From sequence record SRR22947725_1630: a stretch of 50,107 bases of DNA. One strand, given 5' to 3'. Below, one piece after another: positions 20,136 through 30,300 of this stretch (positions are counted from its first letter, which is position 1; the number at the start of each line of letters is the position of its first letter). The translations under genes were made by a program, and so were the position numbers. The notes below the pieces were generated by a model that had not been told where the DNA came from, did no database searches, and saw only the letters and a program-made list of their open reading frames with translations.

Positions 20136-21788
20136 ATGGGTATTGCCATGCACAAAGTTGGATCCATCATTAACAATCTCCAATGGCCCCGCTCAACCTT
20201 GAACCTAAGTCTGATTGCAATGTGCTTTCTCCCAGGTATCGGGATTCTGTTATCTGCCCAAGCTCCAAATGACTGGGCTAACAAAGAGGGGCGTGATGAG
20301 ATGGTTTTGATCTATGGCGGGAAAACGGATGAGGCCATCAAGCTCTATCAGAAGCGGTTGGTTGATGATCCAAATCGTCAGGAAGCTCTTTTTGGTTTGG
20401 CTGTGGCTCATGCAAAAAATGGGGAAGGTGAGCAGGCAATGACTTTTGTAACGCGTGCTTTGGGTGCGGGATTACCTTTTGAGCGTTTTACCGCGGGTCC
20501 GCGTGAGATGCTTGAGCCACTTCATGGTTTATCTGCCTTTAAAGCGTTAAAAAATGAAAAAAATAAACTATGGGTACATGGCCCCATCCTGGGGGCGGTA
20601 ACGGATCGTTCCGCCAGTTTCTGGGTTCGAACGGAACGACAAGCTTCGTTTGCCGTGGAGTTGTATCCGGTCCACCAGGGCCGACGTTCCAAAACGATCC
20701 TCTCAGAAGCAGTCTTGACCAAGGTCGAGGATGATTTCACAGCCACGGTTCAGGTGGGGAAGCTTAAAGCGAATCAAACCTACCGATATCGACTTATTCT
20801 GGATGGGGAAAAGACTTCGGATGTGTTTCAGTTTCGGACTTTCCCCAAACAGAATCGATCCGCTATTTTTAAAGTAGCATTTGGTGGTGGGGCGGCTTAC
20901 ACCCCGGAATTTGAACGTGTCTTCACAACCATCAAAAGTCATCAACCCGTCGCCTTTCTCCAATTGGGCGACAATATTTATGTTGACCAACCCGAAAAGC
21001 GCGCCATCCAGCGTTATTGCTACTATCGCCGTCAATCTTCCATTCCTTACCGAGCATTAGCATCCTCGGTCTCAATCGCATCCATTTGGGACGATCACGA
21101 TTTTGGTGATAATGATTGTTGGTATGGAAACGATACTGATAGTCCGGCTTGGAAGCGTACGGTCCTCAAGACCTTTCAAGAGAATTGGAACAATCATGCT
21201 TACGGGAGTGGAGTAGAAGCCCCGGGCTGCTATCATGATTTTTACGTAGGTGACGTCCATTTCATCATGCTGGATTGCCGTTATTACCGAACCAACCCAA
21301 AAGTCGGCGAGGGCCGCACCATGCTGGGAATTCCTCAGAAAAAGTGGTTGTATCAAACCCTTCGCGATTCCAAGGGTATCTTCAAGATTATTGCCTCATC
21401 GGTTCCTTTTGCCTCTGGAGTCAAACCGCGCAGTCGTGATCCATGGGATGGTTATCCAGAAGAAAGGGAAGAGATCTTTTCATTTCTACAACAAAACCGG
21501 ATTGAAGGAGTGGCCTTGATTGCTGCTGATCGTCACCGCTCTGACATATGGAAAATAGAGAGACCGGATGCTTATCCATTATACGAGTTCATGTCCTCTC
21601 GATTAACAAACATACATGTTCACAAGGTGATGGAAAAAAGTCTCTTCGGTTACAATGCCAAACGATCCTTTGGCATATTGAGCTTTGACACCACCTCCAA
21701 AGATCCTGCGCTCACTTATCACATTCAAACCGTCGATGATGAACCCATCTATCAGCGGACAGTCAAGCTTAGCGAATTGCGCTTCTAG
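20136..21788 (+). CDS. PhoD-like alkaline phosphatase/metallophosphoesterase with N-terminal TPR-like region
   Basis: HGPILGAVT..ASFWVRT, LQLGDNIYVD, IWDDHDF, LDCRYYR, MLG..QKKWL, DPWDGY, ADRH; N-terminal helical segment DEAIKLYQK...EALFGLAVAH. Confidence 0.82.
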   Translation: MGIAMHKVGSIINNLQWPRSTLNLSLIAMCFLPGIGILLSAQAPNDWANKEGRDEMVLIYGGKTDEAIKLYQKRLVDDPNRQEALFGLAVAHAKNGEGEQAMTFVTRALGAGLPFERFTAGPREMLEPLHGLSAFKALKNEKNKLWVHGPILGAVTDRSASFWVRTERQASFAVELYPVHQGRRSKTILSEAVLTKVEDDFTATVQVGKLKANQTYRYRLILDGEKTSDVFQFRTFPKQNRSAIFKVAFGGGAAYTPEFERVFTTIKSHQPVAFLQLGDNIYVDQPEKRAIQRYCYYRRQSSIPYRALASSVSIASIWDDHDFGDNDCWYGNDTDSPAWKRTVLKTFQENWNNHAYGSGVEAPGCYHDFYVGDVHFIMLDCRYYRTNPKVGEGRTMLGIPQKKWLYQTLRDSKGIFKIIASSVPFASGVKPRSRDPWDGYPEEREEIFSFLQQNRIEGVALIAADRHRSDIWKIERPDAYPLYEFMSSRLTNIHVHKVMEKSLFGYNAKRSFGILSFDTTSKDPALTYHIQTVDDEPIYQRTVKLSELRF

Positions 21789-21926
21789 TATGAGGATTGA
21801 GCCCGTTCACTTGGTTTTCTACCGTCTGGTCTGGGGCCTCAATGTTCAATGCATTGACTCGTCTACTGGATGACCGTTAAATGTCCAGACGCTCAGCGGT
21901 GTCGACCCGGCTGTGATATTACGACC

Positions 21927-22094
21927 ATGTTTGGTTCAAAAAAAAATAAAGAGGAGCATCGGTATTACCTTCTTCCAGGAATGGGGCGAAGCAATCGTCA
22001 ACGCCATGCCCAGTTCCTGCGATGGGCTTTGGCCGTTGGAATTCTGGTATCCGGGTTGGTAGCGTTTTTTATCTACTATATGAATCGCATTTGA
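21927..22094 (+). CDS. Small single-TM protein (55 aa)
   Basis: MFGSKKNKEEHRYYLLPGMGRSNRQRHAQFLRWALAVGILVSGLVAFFIYYMNRI: basic N-terminus plus a clean C-terminal TM; fills the intergenic gap. Confidence 0.65.
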   Translation: MFGSKKNKEEHRYYLLPGMGRSNRQRHAQFLRWALAVGILVSGLVAFFIYYMNRI

Positions 22095-22177
22095 TTGCGC
22101 TCTTCTCTCGAATGTCTTGCGCGTCAATTTCTGGTGTACATACCTGAAAATCTATTGTTACAGTGTCATCTCATCCT

Positions 22178-23479
22178 ATGAATACAAATCCCAGATCTGA
22201 GAAATCCCCCAATCGAAGAACCTTTATGGCTCAACTTGGGGGACTACTCGGATCAGCTGCCGTTGGGGCTGAATTGAATGCGCAAACGGCGAGCAATCCC
22301 TTCACTGTCCCTGTTCCTATTTCAACAAATCGCCCTATTTACAATTCCGATGTAGGGTCCATGTGGCCATTGATCCAAAACCAGGCTAAAAGAGCTTACT
22401 TTCCCTACTCCTTCACGCGGGACAACTACACAGATTTAAAAACCTGGAAGCATGTTACGAGGAATCGACTCGTCGACCTGCTGCATCATACTCCAGTGCA
22501 ATGGCCCCCCAAGCCTACCAAACTCAAAGAAACCGATGCTGGAGATTTCATGATTGAAGAAATCATATTCAGCACTACCAAGGACACTCGAGTTCCCGCT
22601 TACGTGCTTGTTCCTAAAAGTGCCGCCAAACGAGGAACGCCAGCTGTAATTTTAATGCATGACCACGGTGGTTTTTACATGTGGGGAAAGGAAAAGTTAG
22701 TCAAATTGTCTGATGAACACACGATCCTTACCGAATACAGGCAACGTTATTACGAAGGCCAATCGCTTGGGGCTGACCTGGCGCGTCAGGGTTATCTGGT
22801 GGTCGTCATCGATATGCTTTACTGGGGTAATCGACGTTACATGATGGATGGGGATCCAGATGCATGGTGGGATCGTCCTGACGACCTGGCACCCGATCAA
22901 GTCAATTCATTCAATATACGTGCGTCCACCTACGAACACTTGCTGGATCGCACCCTGCTGGCAGCGGGCACAACTTGGGCAGGGATAGCCGCCTGGGATG
23001 ATATTCGTACGGTGGATTATCTGTGGAGTCGCCCTGAAGTCGATCGTAGCCGTATTGGTTGTGTTGGGTTTTCGACTGGAGGTATGCGTGCCTTGATGCT
23101 ATCTGCATTGGACGATCGCATCAAGGCGACCGTGAACGCCTGCTGGATGACCTCCATGCCATACCAACTACAAAACAATATCAAGTTCACCATGGGTTAT
23201 TCCATACTTATTCCGGGTATGTCACGATACATGGATTTTTCGGATCTAGCAGCTTTGTCCATGCCTGGTGCTCTGATGGTGTTAGGTGGGGGTAAGGATA
23301 GCTTCTTCAATCAAGAAGGAGTCAACGCAGCCTACAAGCAAATCAATCAATCTTTCTCCAAAGGTGGATTCGATGATCGACTCTATATTCAGGAATACGA
23401 CACAGGACATATCTTTAATCGTCAAATGCAAGAAACCGCCTGGAGCTTTTTGAAAAAGCATTTGATGGATCTGACCTAG
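22178..23479 (+). CDS. Tat-exported alpha/beta hydrolase (dienelactone hydrolase / acetyl-esterase-like)
   Basis: Tat signal NRRTFM, VPAYVLVP, HDHGG, YLWSRPEVDRSRIGCVGFSTGG (GxSxG), catalytic Asp in GGKDS and His in GHIF. Confidence 0.82.
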   Translation: MNTNPRSEKSPNRRTFMAQLGGLLGSAAVGAELNAQTASNPFTVPVPISTNRPIYNSDVGSMWPLIQNQAKRAYFPYSFTRDNYTDLKTWKHVTRNRLVDLLHHTPVQWPPKPTKLKETDAGDFMIEEIIFSTTKDTRVPAYVLVPKSAAKRGTPAVILMHDHGGFYMWGKEKLVKLSDEHTILTEYRQRYYEGQSLGADLARQGYLVVVIDMLYWGNRRYMMDGDPDAWWDRPDDLAPDQVNSFNIRASTYEHLLDRTLLAAGTTWAGIAAWDDIRTVDYLWSRPEVDRSRIGCVGFSTGGMRALMLSALDDRIKATVNACWMTSMPYQLQNNIKFTMGYSILIPGMSRYMDFSDLAALSMPGALMVLGGGKDSFFNQEGVNAAYKQINQSFSKGGFDDRLYIQEYDTGHIFNRQMQETAWSFLKKHLMDLT

Positions 23480-23806
23480 TCTACGATCGGATGCCTGGCT
23501 GGTTCAGGGTTTAGAATATTTATTGATTTTCTATCATCAATTTTTGCCCACCGATGAGTTCACTTCGTTCCAAAACGCGCTTTCTCCTTGTAAGCCAGTA
23601 TTGAACTAATCAGCAGGATAGCCTGTAGCTAGGCTGTCTTGGGCTTCTGGTATTTACCTGAAAAATCACCCCCAGTTTTTTGATTTGACCTGCAGGCAGT
23701 CTGAGATTTGGCTGCAGGGCCGTTCATTCAGCTTTTGCGAACCATGATCACGCTTTGAATGTTCAAGTATTTGCAATGGTCCATTGCTTTCCTTTAGACT
23801 GAGCTC

Positions 23807-25198
23807 ATGAGAATTACAATCTACCTCCGCGCTTTGACTCTGAGTGCGCTGGTATCATTTATCAGTTTTGCCTGTTTCGCAGAGGAGCACTTTACTCCCG
23901 ATCATCTTGCGTCGACCTATCGTGACAGCGCGGAATCTTTGATCCAAAAAGCCTTGAGAAGTGATCATGGGTTTGAACGGCTTGCTGAGATGTGCGATCG
24001 GTTTGGTCCGCGCTTCAGCGGGTCTGCGACATTGGAGCAGGCAATTGATTGGGCCTTGGAAGAAATGAAAAAGGATGGGTTCTCCAAAGTAAGAGGCGAG
24101 CCCGTGATGGTTCCTCGATGGGTGCGGGGAAAAGAATCGCTATCGATCACAAGCCCATTGGAAAAATCATGTCGAATGCTTGGGCTTGGAGGAAGTGTCG
24201 GGACTGGGCCTGATGGTATCGTAGCTGAGGTTCTGGTCGTTCAAAGTTTTGAAGAGTTGAAAGCGAATCAGGTGCAGGCCAAGGGGAAGATTGTTTTGTT
24301 CAACGCGCCTTTCACGGATTACGGTGCCACCGTCGTCTTTCGGGTGCGCGGTGCCATTGAAGCGGCGAAGGCTGGTGCAGTTGCAAGTTTGATTCGATCG
24401 GTCGGCCCTTTTTCCATGCAGACTCCTCACACGGGCATGATGGTATATGATGATGCTGTCCCTCGTATTCCTCATGCGGCGATTACCTTGGAAGATGCCA
24501 TGCTTCTTGAGCGTATGCAGGAACGCGGAGATTTGTTGAAGGTTGAGCTTCACATGGAAGCCCAAAACATGGAACCCAGCCTTTCACGCAATGTCGTGGC
24601 TGAAATCCCTGGCCTTGAATCTCCCGAAGAAATCGTGCTCATCAGTGGTCATATCGACTCCTGGGATGTGGGGCAAGGTGCCATGGATGATGGCGGAGGC
24701 TGCCTCGCAATGTGGGAAGCGGCGCGACTGATTCTCAAATCGGGCTTGCGTCCACGACGCACCATACGTGTTGTTCTGTGGACGAATGAAGAAAATGGCA
24801 TGGCCGGTGTGCGCACTTACAGAGACCAACACAAAGAGGCATTGGAGCATCACGTTCTGGCGATCGAATCAGATGCAGGCACCTTCAAGCCTCAAGGATT
24901 CAGTTTTACCGGTAGCGAAAAAGCCATGCCTTATCTTGAAGCCATCGGTACCTTGTTGGGGCCTGTCGAGGCACAGCGGTTGAAGTGGGGAGCGGGTGTT
25001 TCCGACATCATGCGCTTGGTGCCGGATGGAGTTCCTGTGATGGGACTGGATGTGGATCGAACGAAATACTTCTGGTATCACCATACGGACGCGGACACGA
25101 TTGATAAGCTGGACGTGAAAGAATTCAATCAATGCGTGGCCGCCTCCGCGGTAATGACGTGGATTGTTGCCGATATGCCATTGAGTCTACCTCGATAG
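23807..25198 (+). CDS. M28-family peptidase (carboxypeptidase Q-like)
   Basis: DRFGPRFSGS, VPRWVRG, PA-like domain GKIVLFN, SGHIDSWDVGQGAMDDGGG, WTNEENG, ESDAG, YHHTDADT. Confidence 0.9.
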   Translation: MRITIYLRALTLSALVSFISFACFAEEHFTPDHLASTYRDSAESLIQKALRSDHGFERLAEMCDRFGPRFSGSATLEQAIDWALEEMKKDGFSKVRGEPVMVPRWVRGKESLSITSPLEKSCRMLGLGGSVGTGPDGIVAEVLVVQSFEELKANQVQAKGKIVLFNAPFTDYGATVVFRVRGAIEAAKAGAVASLIRSVGPFSMQTPHTGMMVYDDAVPRIPHAAITLEDAMLLERMQERGDLLKVELHMEAQNMEPSLSRNVVAEIPGLESPEEIVLISGHIDSWDVGQGAMDDGGGCLAMWEAARLILKSGLRPRRTIRVVLWTNEENGMAGVRTYRDQHKEALEHHVLAIESDAGTFKPQGFSFTGSEKAMPYLEAIGTLLGPVEAQRLKWGAGVSDIMRLVPDGVPVMGLDVDRTKYFWYHHTDADTIDKLDVKEFNQCVAASAVMTWIVADMPLSLPR

Positions 25199-25245
25199 CT
25201 ACGTGGTTTTCTGGTTCTGAAACCTGTTTTTAAAAAAGTAATCAA

Positions 25246-26079
25246 GTGAATTGGTCAACTTGTAAGCATCAATGGACCTTGCAGGGAGTTCCCAAGGTCA
25301 TGGGCATATTGAATGTCACGCCCGATTCTTTTTCTGATGGAGGATCTTATGTCGATGTTCCCAAAGCTGTGGATCGTGCTTTGGAGATGGTGGAAGAGGG
25401 GGTTGATCTGGTGGATATAGGGGGTGAATCGACCCGTCCAAACGCTGCGGACGTTGATGTTGCCGAAGAATTGCGGCGTGTCGTGCCTGTCGTGGAAGCC
25501 TTGGCCGCTCAATCATCGATTCCGTTGAGTATTGATACTCGCAAGGTTCGGGTAGCCAGAGAGGCAGTCCAGGCAGGAGCGGTGATCATTAATGATGTGG
25601 AAGCCAATCGTCAGGATCCTTCCATGTGGGAATGGGTGGCGGAATCCGGGGCAGGCTATGTCGCCATGCACATGCAGGGGAGTCCGGGGACAATGCAAAA
25701 GAACCCGCAATATGATGATGTGGTAGAAGACGTGATTGAGTTTTTTGGGAATCAACTCGATCTTATGTTCCTCTCAGGAGTAAAAAAGGAACAGGTTATG
25801 CTCGATGTTGGTATTGGTTTCGGTAAAACCTTGGATCATAACATGAAATTGTTATGCTCACTGAAATCACTTCAATCACTTGGTCATCCCCTGCTTTTGG
25901 GGGTTTCCAGAAAGTCGATGTTTCAAACTTTGCTGGGAGTTGAGTCCCCTGGAAAACGTGTGCCTGCGGGCTTGGCTTGTGCCTGTTGGGCCATGCAACA
26001 AGGAGTTGGAATGATCAGAACACATGATGTTACCGAGACAGTGCAGGCGCTTAAAATGTGGGATGCCTTGCAGTCCTGA
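25246..26079 (+). CDS. folP: Dihydropteroate synthase
   Basis: MGILNVTPDSFSDGG, DIGGESTRP, SIDT, INDV, GIGFGK, GVSRKS, IRTHDV. Confidence 0.96.
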   Translation: MNWSTCKHQWTLQGVPKVMGILNVTPDSFSDGGSYVDVPKAVDRALEMVEEGVDLVDIGGESTRPNAADVDVAEELRRVVPVVEALAAQSSIPLSIDTRKVRVAREAVQAGAVIINDVEANRQDPSMWEWVAESGAGYVAMHMQGSPGTMQKNPQYDDVVEDVIEFFGNQLDLMFLSGVKKEQVMLDVGIGFGKTLDHNMKLLCSLKSLQSLGHPLLLGVSRKSMFQTLLGVESPGKRVPAGLACACWAMQQGVGMIRTHDVTETVQALKMWDALQS

Positions 26080-26087
26080 TATACTAA

Positions 26088-26909
26088 ATGATCTTTGATG
26101 CCTCATGGGAAACGCTCTGGAGGCCAGTGGTAGAGATATCTATTCTGGCTGTGGGTATCTATTTCATCCTCATGTTCGTGAGGCGGACGCATGGCTGGGG
26201 GGTTTTCATCGGTTTTCTGGTACTTCTTGGGTTTCTTGTGGTCACGACAGCGCTTCAACTAACAGTGCTCAATTGGATATTACTACAGTTGTTCAGCTTT
26301 TCAGCCTACGCGATCCTGATTCTTTTTCATCCTGAAATCCGTAGGCTGCTGTCACGACTCGGGAATCTTCCCAATTTCTCCTTGATCCGTGAACAACGTG
26401 AAACGATTGAGGTGATCGTTCAAGCTGTTGACCGACTTTCTGATGTCAAGATTGGAGCTTTGATTGCGGTCGAGCAAAGCCACGACCTCTCTCAAGTGCT
26501 TGAACTGGGAGTTCCTATCGATTGTGAAGCCACGCCTGAAATGTTGGAGACCATTTTTTTCCCAAACAATGCCATACACGATGGTGGCGTGTTGATTGAG
26601 GGGGATCGCATCTCTCACGCTGCATGTATTCTTCCTCTCACACGTCGTCAGGATCTTCAGAAATCGCTTGGTACCCGACATCGAGCTGCGATTGGATTGA
26701 GTGAGGAAACAGATGCTGTAGTGGTATTGGTTTCGGAAGAGACCGGCATGATTTCTTACGCGCATCAAGGCCAGTTGGTGAGAGGTTTGTCTGTTGAAGA
26801 ATTACGTTCCATTCTCAGTACCTTGATTGTAAAAGGAGCAAAATCTGAAAAACGAGTTGAAGAGCAAAAGGACCTTCATAAAATTTTGAACAAGAAAACA
26901 GTGACCTGA
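26088..26909 (+). CDS. cdaA: Diadenylate cyclase CdaA (3 TM plus DAC domain)
   Basis: Three N-terminal TMs, FHPEIRRLL, IGALIAVE, IFFPNNAIHDGG, LGTRHRAAIGLSEETDA, VSEETG. Confidence 0.92.
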   Translation: MIFDASWETLWRPVVEISILAVGIYFILMFVRRTHGWGVFIGFLVLLGFLVVTTALQLTVLNWILLQLFSFSAYAILILFHPEIRRLLSRLGNLPNFSLIREQRETIEVIVQAVDRLSDVKIGALIAVEQSHDLSQVLELGVPIDCEATPEMLETIFFPNNAIHDGGVLIEGDRISHAACILPLTRRQDLQKSLGTRHRAAIGLSEETDAVVVLVSEETGMISYAHQGQLVRGLSVEELRSILSTLIVKGAKSEKRVEEQKDLHKILNKKTVT

Positions 26910-26912
26910 GCC

Positions 26913-27338
26913 ATGGCATCGATGAAGATCATATTCGCTCAAGTATTTTCCAATCTTACCTGGAAAATGGCGTCGCTGATGATGGCCATTGGTCTATGGG
27001 TGGTCATTCGTGTGGCGGTTGTAGAGGAAAATGAGGCCAGTCGTGCCGATCAAGGGCTGCTCGCGAGTCGAGAGTTTACCGAGGTTCCGATCATTGTTCA
27101 GACGTCATCCACAGACACCAATCGATATGTCATCGAGCCTCAAACCGTTCGAGTTAAAGTGGAAGGGCAGGCCAAACTGCTGGAATCAGCGGATGCCGGC
27201 AGGATAAGGGTTGTCGCAGATTTTACCCGTCAATCAGGTGAAAACGAATTTGCAGTAACGTTGGCAGTTGAAATCCCACCTGAATTTGAGCTCAAGCATT
27301 GCGAGCCTCAAAGCATTCGCGTCGAAAAAGCGGATTAA
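26913..27338 (+). CDS. CdaR/YbbR-like protein with a single YbbR domain
   Basis: NLTWKMASLMMAIGLWVV N-terminal anchor typical of CdaR, then a beta-rich domain (EVPI...IEPQTVRVKVEG); starts 4 nt after cdaA. Confidence 0.72.
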   Translation: MASMKIIFAQVFSNLTWKMASLMMAIGLWVVIRVAVVEENEASRADQGLLASREFTEVPIIVQTSSTDTNRYVIEPQTVRVKVEGQAKLLESADAGRIRVVADFTRQSGENEFAVTLAVEIPPEFELKHCEPQSIRVEKAD

Positions 27339-27615
27339 ATTGGACATTCAGCGACCTTAAGCAAGTTCCATAGAACCTCTCCTTATAATCAAGGAAGCCA
27401 ATCGCCAACGTTTTTGCTCAGCCTCGGAGAAATTGGTCTCATTCCTTACCCCATCTCTGGTTAATGAGCCCAACAATAAATCGACATAAGTAATCGGTTG
27501 CCAAAGATTATTTAAATTTGGGATGAGCTCATGCATGTCGTTTCTCACGCAAATGTTACCCATGGGGATGAACTCTGTGTATCACTTAATGATACAGGGC
27601 TATCTGGCCTTGTTT

Positions 27616-28611
27616 TTACTTGTCTGCTAGTTGCACTGCCAACTGAATCGCGCTTAACAGGCTGCTGGGACTGGCTTTTCCCTGCCAGGCGATGTCCAAT
27701 GCTGTGCCATGATCTACGCTGGTGCGGATGATCGAGAGTCCTAGAGTCGTGTTCACTGCGCAATCGAATGCGAGAGCTTTCACTGGAATATGGCCCTGAT
27801 CGTGGTACATGCAGACGAAGACATCGGTTGATTTGCGTTTCCATGGAAGGAATGCAGTGTCCGGGGGCAAAGGACCTTCAACATCGATACCCTTCTGGCG
27901 TGCCATCTCAATGGCAGGTAGAATGATTTTCTCTTCTTCGTGATTACCGAATAAGCCATGTTCACCCGCGTGAGGGTTCAATCCGCAAACAACAATCTTA
28001 GGATGACGTTGGCGAATGCGTTGAAGATTTTCAGCCGAGAGTTCAATCACTTCAAGAATGCGTTCTTTGGTCAATAACTTCGGCACTTCTGCATAGCCCA
28101 CGTGAACTGTTACGAAAGTACAGGTAATGGCTTCCGAGTATTGCATCATGCACCATCTCTCAGAGCCTGCCCTGGCAGCGAACATTTCTGTGTGACCTGG
28201 ATAGGGGATGGATGCCTTATGAAGTGCTTCTTTGTTGATAGGGGCAGTGGTTACTGCTGCGACACTGCCACCCAGAGCCGCATCCATTGCTTTCTGTATG
28301 TATTGGTAGCTTGCTTGCCCTGTTTGAGCATTCACTTTGGTCGGTTGGAAAAACTGGTGATCCAAGCCTGCAACATGCAGAATGCAAGGGTCTTGAACTA
28401 ATTTCAAACTTGTTAAGTTTGTGTCACTGATCACCGGGTAAGTGCATTTTTCACCCAATGCCTCTGCGCATCGGCTTAAAATATCAGCATCACCAAAAAT
28501 GACCGGAACACAGCTTTTCAGGACGCCTGGGTCTTTCAATGCTTGCAGGCAGATTTCCGGCCCTACTCCTGCAGGGTCTCCCATGGTGATTGCGATGACA
28601 GGCTTACTCAT
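27616..28611 (-). CDS. pdxA: 4-hydroxythreonine-4-phosphate dehydrogenase PdxA family
   Basis: ITMGDPAGVGPE, TAPINK, GHTE, GLNPHAGE, PPDTAF, MYHDQG, RTSVDHGTA. Confidence 0.93.
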   Translation of the reverse strand: MSKPVIAITMGDPAGVGPEICLQALKDPGVLKSCVPVIFGDADILSRCAEALGEKCTYPVISDTNLTSLKLVQDPCILHVAGLDHQFFQPTKVNAQTGQASYQYIQKAMDAALGGSVAAVTTAPINKEALHKASIPYPGHTEMFAARAGSERWCMMQYSEAITCTFVTVHVGYAEVPKLLTKERILEVIELSAENLQRIRQRHPKIVVCGLNPHAGEHGLFGNHEEEKIILPAIEMARQKGIDVEGPLPPDTAFLPWKRKSTDVFVCMYHDQGHIPVKALAFDCAVNTTLGLSIIRTSVDHGTALDIAWQGKASPSSLLSAIQLAVQLADK

Positions 28612-28681
28612 GACCATTGAAGCCAAACTACTGCGCTCTTTTCAGTTTGTCAGGTTAATTGAAATCCTTTATCAGAGTTGC

Positions 28682-29542
28682 ATGTCGAAATTTTGGATCA
28701 CTTGCCTTTTTATAATTACCGCGACTTTTAAGCCTGTCATCGCTGCAGAAATCATATCCCTCTGGAAAGATGGCGCACCTGGCGCTTTGGGAAATGCCGA
28801 CCATGACAATCCCACCCTGACTCTTTACCTGCCGGACGAGGATAAAGCCACAGGAGCGGCGATTGTCATTTTTCCCGGTGGTGGCTATGGAGGCTTGGCG
28901 CAGCATGAAGGCAAAGGTTATGCTGAATGGCTTGCAGAGCATGGTATCGCTGGTCTGGTTCTGAAATACCGCCTGGGTTCCAAGGGATATCGCCACCCTG
29001 TGATGTTGGGCGATGCTTCCCGAGCGGTGCGACTGGCGAAATATCATTCTACCGAATGGGGGATTGACTCGAATCGAATCGGTATCATGGGATCATCGGC
29101 AGGTGGACATCTGGCGTCCACCCTCGTTACACATTTTGACGAAGGCGATGCATCTGCCAGAGATCCTATTGATCGGCTTTCTTCTCGTCCTGCACTAGGG
29201 ATTCTCTGTTACCCGGTGGTCACTTTAGGTGCATTCACCCATGAGGGATCAAAGCGCAACCTGCTTGGGCAAAACCCATCCAAAGATTTGGTGTGGTTGC
29301 TCTCCAATGAACTTCAGGTGTCTTCCGACACACCTCCATGCTTTGTCTGGCATACGTGGGAAGATAAAGCCGTACCCGTCGAAAACAGTCTTCAATTTGC
29401 AGATGCCCTGCGTAAGGCGGGGGTGGCATTTGATTTGCATGTGTATCAGAAAGGGAGACATGGGATTGGGCTTGGAAATGGTCATCCGTGGACCAAGGAT
29501 TGTCTTTTTTGGCTGCAAGAGCAGGGCTTCCTGGCTCAATGA
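28682..29542 (+). CDS. Secreted alpha/beta hydrolase (BD-FAE / esterase-like)
   Basis: PTLTLYLP, FPGGGY, HEG, LKYRL, IGIMGSSAGGHLA, TPPCFVWH, DKAVPVENS, GRHGIGL. Start at MSKFWIT (signal peptide); the longer ORF-track start overlaps pdxA. Confidence 0.85.
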   Translation: MSKFWITCLFIITATFKPVIAAEIISLWKDGAPGALGNADHDNPTLTLYLPDEDKATGAAIVIFPGGGYGGLAQHEGKGYAEWLAEHGIAGLVLKYRLGSKGYRHPVMLGDASRAVRLAKYHSTEWGIDSNRIGIMGSSAGGHLASTLVTHFDEGDASARDPIDRLSSRPALGILCYPVVTLGAFTHEGSKRNLLGQNPSKDLVWLLSNELQVSSDTPPCFVWHTWEDKAVPVENSLQFADALRKAGVAFDLHVYQKGRHGIGLGNGHPWTKDCLFWLQEQGFLAQ

Positions 29543-30252
29543 ATTTAAAAAGTAAGTTGATGAATTCCATTGTTGAAATTCGGAACTTAAGCAAAGCTTA
29601 CAATCAAGGGGAAATTCAGGTTACTGCGCTTGATGATATTCATTTGAACATAGACAGTTCCGATTTTCTGACACTGATGGGGCCATCGGGTTCTGGTAAA
29701 TCGACTTTACTTCATATCATTGCGGGTATCGATCGTCAGACCTCTGGAATTTGTAAAGTCCAGAACATTGATCTTTCGAACCTTAACGAATCAGCTTTGG
29801 CCGATTGGCGTAATCAAAATGTGGGTTTCATTTTTCAAAGCTTCAACCTTATCCCCGTCCTCACTGCTTTTGAAAACGTTGAACTTCCGCTGCTGTTGAC
29901 TCGGTTGGGCAGGAAAGAAAGGAAGGCCTTGGTCGCAGCTGCGCTCGAGTTGGTTGGCTTGGAAGACCGTTCTCATCATTTGCCAAAACAGCTCAGCGGT
30001 GGACAGGAACAGCGTGTCGCTATCGCACGGGCTCTGGTTACTGACCCTGCTCTGGTCGTCGCCGATGAACCCACCGGCAATTTGGATTCCCAATCGGCTC
30101 AACAAGTATTGGAAATCTTGCAATCGCTCAGTAACGATGCCGGCAAAACAGTCATCATGGTGACACATGACCCAAAAGCCGCCGCCTTTGGTAAACGTAT
30201 CATTCAACTTGAAAAGGGGCGGTTTGAAAAAGAAGACCCCCTGGTTTCCTGA
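29539..30252 (+). CDS. ABC transporter ATP-binding protein (LolD/MacB type)
   Basis: Walker [51 protein letters not shown] overlap with the upstream stop. Confidence 0.93.
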   Translation: MNLKSKLMNSIVEIRNLSKAYNQGEIQVTALDDIHLNIDSSDFLTLMGPSGSGKSTLLHIIAGIDRQTSGICKVQNIDLSNLNESALADWRNQNVGFIFQSFNLIPVLTAFENVELPLLLTRLGRKERKALVAAALELVGLEDRSHHLPKQLSGGQEQRVAIARALVTDPALVVADEPTGNLDSQSAQQVLEILQSLSNDAGKTVIMVTHDPKAAAFGKRIIQLEKGRFEKEDPLVS

Positions 30253-30300
30253 GACTCCTTCTCAAAGCGTGGGTTTTTCAATGTATCGTCCATTATTCGC

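Noticed and set aside
27357-27563. 68-aa ORF downstream of pdxA
   Set aside because: No recognisable motif, TM or ribosome-binding site; cannot be supported.
28442-28681. 80-aa N-terminal extension of the esterase in the ORF track
   Set aside because: It is antisense to the pdxA 5' end, and a signal peptide begins at ATG 28682.
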